The notes under the pieces were generated by a model, which was not told where the DNA came from, searched no databases, and saw only the letters and a list, made by a program, of their open reading frames with translations. Below, one piece after another: positions 52,521 to 64,000 of a stretch of 64,000 nucleotides of DNA. A program made the translations under genes and the position numbers. The stretch lies in assembly GCF_009914755.1 (NCBI RefSeq), contig NC_060933.1. One strand, given 5' to 3'. Source of the stretch: the human T2T-CHM13v2.0 reference genome, Homo sapiens. The number at the start of each line of letters is the position of its first letter. Position 1 is the first letter of the stretch.

Positions 52521-52897
52521 GGTCAGGAATGGCTAGGAATGGTTAGGAATGGTTAGGAATGGTTAGGAATGGTTAGGAATGGCTAGGAATGGTTAGGAAT
52601 GGCTAGGAATGGCTAGGAATGGCTAGGAATGGCTAGGAATGGTTAGGAATGGTTAGGAATGGCTAGGAATGGTTAGGAATGGCTAGGAATGGCTAGGAAT
52701 GGTTAGGAATGGCTAGGAATGGCTAGGAATGGTTAGGAATGGCTAGGAATGGCTAGGAATGGCTAGGAATGGTTAGGAATGGCTAGGAATGGTTAGGAAT
52801 GGTTAGGAATGGCTAGGAATGGTTAGGAATGGCTAGGAATGGTTACAAATGGCTAGGAATGGCTAGGAATGGCTAGGAATGGCTAGGAATGGTTAGG
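52521..52897. repeat. Decamer tandem array (GGYTAGGAAT)n, 37 units plus partial
   Basis: One ggtcaggaat lead unit, then 21 GGCTA and 15 GGTTA units (one variant ggttacaaat). Confidence 0.98.
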
Positions 52898-53036
52898 TGC
52901 ACCTGTGGTCCCAGCTACTCAGGAGGCCGAGGCAGGCGGATCACATGAGCCCAGGAGGTCAAGGCTGCAGTGAGCCAAGATCCTGCCACTGCACTCCAGC
53001 CTGGGCGGCAGAGCAAGACCTTGTCTCAAAAAAAAA
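52897..53036 (+). mobile_element. Alu right arm only (AluJ/FRAM-like)
   Basis: tgcacctgtggtcccagctactc...ggatcacatgagcccaggaggtcaaggctgcagtgagcc...poly-A; candidate TSD aatggttag. Confidence 0.9.
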
Positions 53037-54015
53037 GAAATGGTTAGTATGGTGAATTATGTTGTGTCTTTTGCCACAGTAACGTGTTTATTTTTATCAG
53101 AACTTCTCTGCAGAGCATACACTGAGCGAGAGCAGCGCTCCTCTGCACAGGCCAGCACTGGCCACCGTGCACCCTCGTTCCATTTGTTTGCTCCTACGGT
53201 TTCCACATGAACAGAAGCCACACACATCATAAACCAGCAAAGCCACGCTGGCCAGGTGCTCCACGGGATGGGAAGGGGTACAGGTGACCAGATGGCTCGA
53301 TGGACTCAGAGGCGGACATTGGGAGCGAGGTGGGGGCTGACCCCACTTTGGCCCACAGGTCAGTCTCAGGCTGGGGTCAGGTCTACCGTGTGCGACCTGG
53401 TGTGTGACTAAGCACTTGGAGAAGAAGCCAAAAAGATGATTTCTGGGGTGAGAGAGGATGGCAAGGGGCAATGAACAGGCGGAGTCTCGAGCTCTCTGTA
53501 TGGCCCTCCACCCTCCCCGTGCCCACCCTGCGTCTGAGGGCTGAGCTGCAGTTCAGTGCAGCAGAACCAGCAAATCACTCCTGGTTGGTTGAGCCAGTGG
53601 GCTCCCAGGCCATTCATAAATGATGAGTGGTTGCCACAGCAACAGCCCCGGCCCATATTTCATCTCCTGGCAAGCTCTAGCAACGCTGCAGAAAACCAGA
53701 CTGAAAAGGAAGGGGCCTCAGCCTCCCCACTCCGTGGTGGCAAGACCCACAGGGATCTGAGTGTGGGGCCCACATGGCCCAGGTGAGACCAGGGTTTGGT
53801 GGGAAGAGAGGGCTGGTTTGGGACAAGAAGAGTGGCTGTCAGCACAGTTTGGAGACTGAAGGTGGCCAAATTTCACTCTGGGCTTTGACCTGGTACAATG
53901 TGTGTTCCATTGCCCGTGTCCTGTGACCCCCTCCAAGCCTTAGTTTCTTCATCTATAAAATGGACAGAGAATTGTACCTGCCCCAGTGGGTTTTTTGAAA
54001 ATGGAAAGTGATTGT

Positions 54016-54334
<319 letters not shown>

Positions 54335-54515
54335 TTATGGAATATGTAAAGTGAAGGCACCTGGAGTCATTCAGTAAATGTTACTTAATGTCATGACTGT
54401 TTGTAAAAACATGTAAATTATAAGAAAAAACATATTTTTTCTTTTACCCACATATTACCATTTCTGCTGGTCTTATTCTGTCTGGAGTAAGATCTGTTCC
54501 TATAAGAATAGGGTA

Positions 54516-55610
<1,095 letters not shown>

Positions 55611-55613
55611 ATT

Positions 55614-56390
<777 letters not shown>

Positions 56391-59300
56391 GTGTCTTTAA
56401 GAGCTGTGTCTCACATATTGAGTCTGGATTTGGGAGACGAGGGGATCACAGAGGCTTTGGGGCAGGTTCCCACCAAGACCATCATGTCTGAGTTCGACGT
56501 ATGGGAACACGTAGCCACCAGAGCTGGCCCAAGCCCATGTCACCCCAGCAGCATCCCCATCTCCATTCTAAGGGGAGATGAGGACAACATGAAAACAGGG
56601 TGCCTCTCACGTCTCACACCCACCAGCTCTCGTCTTACAGCCTCAGCCTCATTGCTTACCACAGGACGGGCTAGTCCTCGCCTCCTGGTGCTCCTGAGAG
56701 TGTGGGTGCTACAGGCCCGCAGAGGCTCTTTGTGAGCTGGGGAAGGAGCAGTGGTCAGGCAAGCCCAGAGCTCAGGGGCTCCAGACCCATCAGGAGGATG
56801 GAGCCCCACAGGGGAGCTGGAAATGCCTCCTGAGCTCCAGCCACCCTGCCAATCAGGGACCAGGAGGCAGGTGTGGGAGCCCCAGAGAGAAGGAAGGGGA
56901 AAGTCTTCCCAGGCCCTGGGGCCTTGCAATTTGTACCTACTTCCTTCTCACTGTCATTACTGCATGCAGAATGACATGCAGGAGCTGGAGACCTGGAAGG
57001 ATTAGGCCCAGCCTGGACTCTCCCGGGGTCCTGGCTGGCTCTACCTTCCTGCTGGGCCCGTGGCACTGGGCACCGTGGCGCCTTTTCTGGACAAGGGGCC
57101 TGGCAGCCTCTCTTTGGTACTCATCTTCTCTTGTCTCCTAGGCTTCCCTGAGACCCAGGAGAGACAAACCAAGCCACATATCCACAGCCAATGGGCCTCT
57201 GTAATAAAAAAGGTACCAAGAGTCCATGAAATGTTTAAACACCGCGTTTAACTACTAACCAGTGAGGCAGAAGCCAGTACCTTCTGAGAAAGGATTTTCC
57301 AGATACTTTACAGATCAAAGCCATAGAATAAAATAAATATGACCAGAGAGGGCTGTGAGGAACAAGGAGTTCTGTCAAAGAAAGAGCTCATATGAAGAAG
57401 GAGGGGGGAAGAGCTGGAGGGGGCTGCTGGGAGCACGTCCACCCTGTGCCCCTTGCAGACGCTCCCCACAGCCCATGCAATCTTGGAGGGCGGAAAGGCC
57501 CCCGGGGGCCTCTTCTCCCCCACAGCTGGTCATAACCGTGTCCCGCCACTGACAGGCAGGGTTGTTCACGTCTTCAATTCCCAAATAAAAAAACTGAGAT
57601 CCTGAGAGCTGCATGTGTCCGAGGTCCTCCAGGGTGGTATAGACAGGCCTGAGCCTGTGTGACTCCAAGCCCTGCTCCCCACTCAGCCCCGGGATTTTCC
57701 AGGGCGGTGGCCTCATCCTCCCTCAGTGGATTCAACCAAACACTCGTTGTCACAGCTGTTTGTCCAAATTCATGGCCCCTGAGTTTCTAGAAAAGCAGAG
57801 TACACACTGACCACAGAGTCGGTCTGATGCTGCCCTCCTCCTCCAGGAAGAAGCTCCAGAGGTGAGCTACGGACAGCCGTCCCCTGGGACCGTGGTTCCC
57901 AGGCAGGGCTGGGGCCCTGGCTGCTGCCTCCAGCCCCGGCAGCCGCATGGGCCTGCTGTTGTCTTCCTGAAGTTCTTAGCCTTTGGATGACAGGCCCACA
58001 TTTCCACTGGGCACTGGACCCTGCTGGTTGTGCAGCTGGCCTCAGTCCCAGGACAGGAAAAGTTTCCCTGAGCCCCCTGCACCAACCCACACCCAACAAG
58101 GTGTCTCGTGGAAGGATTTTGCATCCTATTCTCACCACAAGGGCAGGACAAGAAATGAGGAAGGAGGTGGGCAGAGAGGCGGTGACCCACGGAGGGATGA
58201 GGTGGGGGAGAAACAGGGCAGTGCCTGGAGGGCCCTTGCTCCAGGGAAGGATGGGGCGCCACCAGTCTGGGGGGCAGGAGATACGGAAGATGGGACCTGT
58301 GAAGGCTCTGACCAGCCCGGATGGCATCAGGGCCCCTGGGGCTGAGCTCAGTGGTAGAGACCAGAGGACAGCATGCAGGTGCTCCTAACTAAGCTAGTGT
58401 GCACCAGACATGGTGTTGGGTGCAGGGGATGTGGAGAGGAGCCAAAGGAGGGGGCAGCCATGGGGGCAGGGTGGGGGTTCTCCAGGAAGGTGGAGCTGGC
58501 TGTGCCTTAAAGGGAAGGCAGGTGAGGGCACTAGGGCACAACCATGGCCAGAGGCGGCCACACCCAGCGTGCTCCATGGATTGTGCAGCTGGAACAGGTG
58601 TGTTGGGGGGTTGGGGGTCCCAAGAGGCAAGGCCAACAACCCGGGGTCTCAAATGCCAGCCTGAGCCATGGGGAATGTTCCAGCTTTGTGGCCACCATCG
58701 GCAGTTTTAGGCTGGAGAGGATGAAGGCAGGATGCTAGGGGCTTCGGCGTGGCAGTCGGGAGGGTGGGAATGTGGGGATCGAGCCAGGGGTCCTGCAGGA
58801 TGTCAGGAGCTCATGCAGAGGATGAGGGAGAAGGTGGCAGCCCCGGGGGCCCACTGGACTAACCAACTCTCCAGCACTGTAGCTTGAACAGGTAACTTCC
58901 TCCTGGACGCCATGAAGTGCTCTGCCCAGTGTGGTGTGATCCAGAGGTAGGGGGACCCCTGCCCCTCAAAGAACCCCGTCAAAGTGGCTCAACCCTGATT
59001 CTGAGTTCCCGGGAAGCCTCAGGCCACATGGGTGTCTGAGCCCCACTTCTGTATGTGCCACTGGCACTGTACACAACATCGTACCCCAAGAGACAGACAT
59101 CCACGCGACGCCCACTCCACACAACAAAGAGCATCGCCACGGACACCTGCGCCAGCTCCGCTCCTCCAGGCGGCTGCGCGAGGCTTCCCAAAGCAGGCAC
59201 TCCTGCCTCGGGGCGCCGGGCAGACCCCGGGATGCCTGTGCTCTCGTTTCCCCAGGACTTCTTTATGCAACCTGAGTCTACCCCACGGTCTGCCACAGTC

Positions 59301-61009
59301 CAGTTCAAAGACCTACAGTCCAACCGCCGAAATGCACTCATCAAAGAAATCCTGGTCTTTATCTAGGCTTCTTTAAAAACACGAATCTACTTGATTCGTG
59401 GAGCACAGAGACTCCACAAAGTGCTTGGACTTTTCTGTTTCTTCTTGCACACCCCACATACGTTCCAGAGTCCCCTGCCCTCTGAAGCCACCAAAATCTC
59501 CCTCCCCGAGCCTGAGTCCCCGCCGCCCGCTCTCTCAGCCCCTTGGGCATTCGGCCTTGTGTGGTTTTGTGGCCTCTGTGCCTACATCCAGGTGCTTCGT
59601 GACACGAGTCCGAGAGACCAGCCCCACGCCAGCCTCTGGCATCCTGCCTCCTCCCCACCTCTCCTGCCCTCTCCCCACACCCCCTCACCCACCAGCAGCC
59701 AGACTACCAAGCCCAAAACTCCCCACAGAGGGCCATCCTGGGAGGGAAGGCTGGGGGTGCATGTGTTGGGAAATCTTGTCCCCAACGCATTGGAGGGTGT
59801 TGATTTTCCATTGTCCCACAGGGTCCCACTGTTCATGGCCAGTTCTCTGGCCCTGCCCTATCTCCTCTCAGGTACCCCTTAGAAATGGGACGATTCCATC
59901 CTGGAACAGCAAGACCACACGGGCCAGGAGTTCCAGCCTGGGAACAAGAGGAGCCTGGCCAGTGGAGGGGCCAGGAGTGGGCCACAGGGAGGACCTGTGG
60001 CCAACACAGCCTCCCTTCACGTCCCTCCACAAGGAAGGGGGAGAGCGGGATGCCGCCCTCCACCCCACGAGCTCTTCAGTAGGGAGGAGGGAGGTGTCCA
60101 TGTGCTGGTGAGGCCTGGCTGGCCCCACTGCCCCAGCACCAGTGGGGTGAGCCTGTCCCGCCGCCCACCCACAGAGGCAGCATCCACAAGTTGGAGCCAC
60201 ATGGGCACAGCCAGGTCCTCGCCCAGGTCAACCAGACCCGGCCAGGGCAGTTAGGCCGGTGACTAATGGCCTTCCCTGCCGAGGCCCTTTGTGCTTCCTA
60301 GCTTTTCTAATGCAGCTGTGAGCCTGAGCCTCTAATTATCACCTTCAGTGATCTGCCAGGTCAGGCTGCCCTCCACGGAAGCTCCCAACTGCTCTGCTCT
60401 CATCCTGCCAGAGGCCAGAGCAGGAGCTTCTAAGAGCACAGACCTCCAGCGGTCAGGAGAAGCGAGGAAAAGAAGTGAGATAGCTTGAGTCAGGAGTCAC
60501 CAGGTGCCCTGGGCATGGCCTGTCCTGCCTGACTCCCCAGCTCGGCAAAGTCCCCTTCTCCTCCCAGATGCCCGAGACCCTGTCTCCTGGTCCCCCTTCC
60601 CACCCAACCCCTCATCAGCCAGAAAAGGGGCCAGACCACAGAGGGGCCTCCCATGGCCCCTCCTGCCCACTGCTCTGGGACTGGCTGGGCCCCCTTCCAG
60701 CCCCCACACCCAACCTGGCCCCCGAGACTGTGCCCACCTTGCCTGCCTCAAGCCCTTAGGATGCCTGTCCCCCGTCTCCACCTGAATGCCTCCTGTGGAG
60801 TCTCTGATTTCAGCTGAGAAGCCGCCTACCCCCATGACTTGCCTGCACTCCAAGGGCACCCCACAGCCTCCGGGGCTCCCCCGTCTTTGTGGGGACCACC
60901 CTGCAGTGCAACTGTCCCATTTCTTCTCTGTCACCCACCCACTGTGAGCAGCAGTAGGTCAGCAGAGGGTCTGCTGTGCTCATAGCTATAGAGGGGCACC
61001 TACCTCTAC

Positions 61010-61175
61010 CCCCAATGCCTGGGACACTTGGGCTGTCACAGAGGAGGGGGAGCTGCTGCCTCAAGTGGGCAGAGGCCGGGGATGCTCTTCAACCCCCAAC
61101 AATGCACGGGCCGGCCCCTCACAAACAATGATGGTCCAGCCCCAAAGGGCAAGAGTGCCTCCGAGGAGACACCCA
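61010..61175 (+). mobile_element. MER20 hAT-Charlie fossil
   Basis: caatgcctgggacacttgggctgtcaca...agtgggcagaggccggggatgct...acaatgcacgg...cagccccaaagggcaagagtgcc. Confidence 0.75.
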
Positions 61176-61313
61176 AGGCTGACTCCCCACAGGCACAGGG
61201 CCCGGCCCACGGTGGGACCTCAAGAGTGTGTACAGAGAACAACTGAGCCTCCAGCTTGTTAGCAGGTGCTCTGTTGAATGCCTTCCCAAAGCCGGGAGGG
61301 ATGACATGTATCT

Positions 61314-61315
<2 letters not shown>

Positions 61316-61365
<50 letters not shown>
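61316..61365. repeat. Perfect (AC)25 microsatellite
   Basis: Direct reading. Confidence 0.98.
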
Positions 61366-61368
<3 letters not shown>

Positions 61369-62363
61369 CACTGTTTGCCAAAGTAAACAGCCTGGCAGGA
61401 GACACCATCGCTGCCTCCAGGGCACTGCCTTCCACCGTTCTGCCCAGGCCCACACCCCATGTGCTTAATCCCAGCCCAGTGTGGGTGGAAAGCACACCCA
61501 CAGGACACCAGTGCTTTCAACTCCGGAGCCCTGTGCCCTCCCACTGCACCGTCCCTGCTCCCTCGGAGGAGGGGTTGAAGCACACAGAACTTGAGGCCCC
61601 GTCCCAGCCCTGCCCCTGCAGGCTCTGCCATGTACACTCACTGAAACCTAGGCCCCAGTCTTCACTTCCAGGAGGCAGCAAGGGGCCCTGCCTTGCCCGT
61701 CCCAGGATGGACGGTCACAGGAACTGAACAAAACACTGGAGAAGCACCTCCCGAACTGTAAGGTGCTGTGCCCCTAGGAGGAGCGTCCCAGGTCCCACTG
61801 ACCTCACCAGGCCACCCCTTCATCAGGATACCAGCCTGCTGGGCGCCTTGTGGGGCAGGAGCCCAAGGCCCACATGTGCATCTGCCCACTGTGCAGGGAG
61901 CATGACAGCCCACAGGCTCCAGCGTGTTCAGGGAAGGGAAGGAACCAGGCAGATGGCTCGTGGGCAGGCTGGCAGCACCACCCCCATATGGGCGGTCAAC
62001 AAGGACATTTGTGCTGTCTCCTCCTCCCGTATCAAAAGACACCATGGGCAGAGCTAGTTTCACCCAGGAGACAAGGCCTCCAATATCTTGGCTTTGCTGT
62101 CTGTCCTCCAGGAAGCCCCACCCCTCCACATGACACAACCTCCTTGACCCTCTTAGCACTCAGTGCTGCTGTCAGCCAACCCTTCTCCATGTGGACGGAT
62201 GCAGCCACTTTGCTTGTCTTTCACCCCAGCAGACTGTGGCTCTGTGAGGGCAGAAACTAGACCTGGCTCTTTCCCTTTGAATCTTTTCCTCCCAGCCCCC
62301 AGCTCTAGACTGGTGTGTTTGAGTTATTCCAGGGAAACATGTGCAGAAGGAGGGGATGCAATT

Positions 62364-62945
62364 GTGGATGGGTGGGTGGATGGATGGATGGATGGATAGA
62401 AAGGTGGGTGGATGCATGTATGCATGCACAAGTGAATGGATGCTTAGATGGATGGGTGGATGGATGGATGGATGGATGGATGGATGGATGGATGGATGGA
62501 AGGGTGGGTGGATGGATGGGTGGTGGATGGAAGGGTGGATGGATGAGTGGATGGATGGATAGAAAGGTGAGTGGATGCATGTATGCATGCAGAAGTGAAT
62601 GGATGCTTGGATGGATGGAAGGGTGGGTGAATGAGGGGGTGGATGGGTGGTGGATGGATGGATGGATGGATGGTGGATGAATGGTGGATGGGTGGATGGA
62701 AGGGTGGATGGATGAGTGGGTGAAAGGGTAGATGGATGAGCAGTGGAAGGACAGACAGAAAGGTGGGTGGATGCATGTTTGCATGCACAAGTTAATGGAT
62801 GCTTAGATTGATGCATGGATGGGTGGTGGATGGATGGATAGAAAGGTGGGTGGATGCGTGTACGCATGCACAGGTGAATGGATGGATGCATGGATGGGTG
62901 TGTGGATGGATGGGATGGAGAAGGGGTGAATGGACAGGTGGATGG
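62364..62945. repeat. Degenerate (TGGA)n repeat with a recurring ~50-bp cassette
   Basis: ggat runs; agaaaggtgRgtggatgcatgtatgcatgcacaagtgaatggatg cassette at 62398, 62561, 62757, 62840. Confidence 0.95.
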
Positions 62946-63529
62946 TTGCTCAGAACATAAGCAGAGGGACTGTGTACTGTGCAGAGGAGCAAGAGGTACA
63001 CAGAGGCAGGGTCTGGGCCTGGAGCCAAGACGGGAGGCCTAAGGACAACAAGCCCAGAGAAGCAAGACATGCGCCAAGCAGAGCCAAGAGCCAGGAGTAA
63101 TTAAGCCTGCGTGCACAGCCCTGGAGCCCCAGCAGCCCTGTCTTCATTAAGATGCTGACCAGGGAAATCTCATCAGAGATAGAAATTCTGGCTTGAGCTG
63201 CTTCCAGCCCTGGCCCTGTCACCTTCCCCATAAAGTGTCTCCTAATTTGGCCAGAGCCCTGGGGCAACCCTGCCTGCAGAAAATCTCCAGGGTTGAAAAA
63301 CCCCCTGAGCCCAGAGCAGGGTGGTGTTCCTGCCTGGTGTGACTCACTTGACCCTCTGAGGCCTCCACTTGTCCTCTCCCTTCACCAAGTAAAACTCAAG
63401 GACCCAAATGCCATTAATTCCAAAAATGTCCATCTCAGGGCTGCTCAGAGCCACCTTTGGCAGGCTTGGCCATCACCATAGCCCTGGCCACCTGGAGTTG
63501 GCAGGCTCCAGGACACATCACATGCCCCC

Positions 63530-63685
63530 ACAAACCCTGCTCATTGAGCCCCACACAAGGCTGTTAGGCCTCCATCTCCTCAATTAAATGGATGGAGAAA
63601 CTGAGGCTCAATGAGATAAGGAAACTGCCTTGGCCAAGAGTGCACAGCCCAGAGTGGCTGAGCCGACCCCAGACTCGGGCCTGCT
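63530..63685 (-). mobile_element. MIR fragment
   Basis: ggatggagaaactgaggctcaatgagataaggaaactgccttggccaag. Confidence 0.65.
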
Positions 63686-64000
63686 GCAGGCAGCTGGGCA
63701 AGCTCCCTTTCACAAACGCAGTGACCTTGGGGTTACCTGCTGAGGCTTAACACACTGACCTGGGGGAACTTGAGTGTCCACCTGATGAAATTGGACACTC
63801 CCAGTCTCAGACCCTGAATGTGCCTGGGATCTGGGAGGTGGGAGAGGATCGGGGAGGTGGGAGAGAACGTTGAGGACCTGCCAGCACTCTGAGCCCACCC
63901 CCAGAAGCCTGTGGACACCTGGGACACACGGACTCCCCTAACACAGGGGTCCCCAAACCCCAGGCCACAGACAGGTACTGCTCCATGGGCTGTTAGGAAC

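Larger units (their letters stand above)
52378..53085 (+). mobile_element. L1MB-type 3' end, split by the decamer array and an Alu arm
   Basis: cagtttgggaagatggagaagttctggag...tgtgaatgtgcttagtgc...cactt, resuming after the Alu as aaatggttagtatggtgaattatgttgtgtcttttgccacag. Confidence 0.8.

Noticed and set aside
52521-52897. Interstitial telomere or HSat2/3 satellite insertion
   Set aside because: No TTAGGG hexamers and no GGAAT pentamer runs; the local L1 motif explains the unit.
59380-59400. Perfect 8-bp stem hairpin cacgaatc-tactt-gattcgtg and nearby ORFs 59055-59366
   Set aside because: Too short to exceed chance in 64 kb; the ORFs show no recognisable homology.
62172-62891. 239-aa minus-strand ORF
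   Set aside because: Same simple-repeat artefact.

Overview
GC-rich primate (almost certainly human) genomic DNA, mostly non-coding. The one recognisable gene is the two-exon, 152-codon putative ORF I recall as C9orf62 (now treated as lncRNA LINC02907). It has CDS pieces 7825-7897 and 8448-8833 on + and an AATAAA at 10966, which would place the window at chr9q34.3 between OLFM1 and PPP1R26 (placement from memory, not verified). The rest consists of about 15 Alus, old L1M fragments, MaLR/ERVL/ERV1 LTRs, an ERVL internal fossil, MER DNA transposons, MIR/L2, several minisatellites and simple repeats, and AT-rich homeobox/FOX-motif islands that look like enhancers. Nearly all long ORFs in the track are artefacts of GC richness, simple repeats or Alus. 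I see no convincing new gene system. The most unusual structures are: (i) two ~200-bp local duplications of similar divergence, each with its second copy ~3 kb downstream in or beside an L1MC element, one carrying an 80-bp perfectly homogenised tract; (ii) a two-variant GGYTAGGAAT decamer array grown from an L1 3' motif at an Alu target site; (iii) a divergent pair of strong CTCF motifs inside the C9orf62 unit; (iv) inverted Alus 40 bp apart. Repeat subfamily names come from recalled consensus features and need RepeatMasker/Dfam confirmation.
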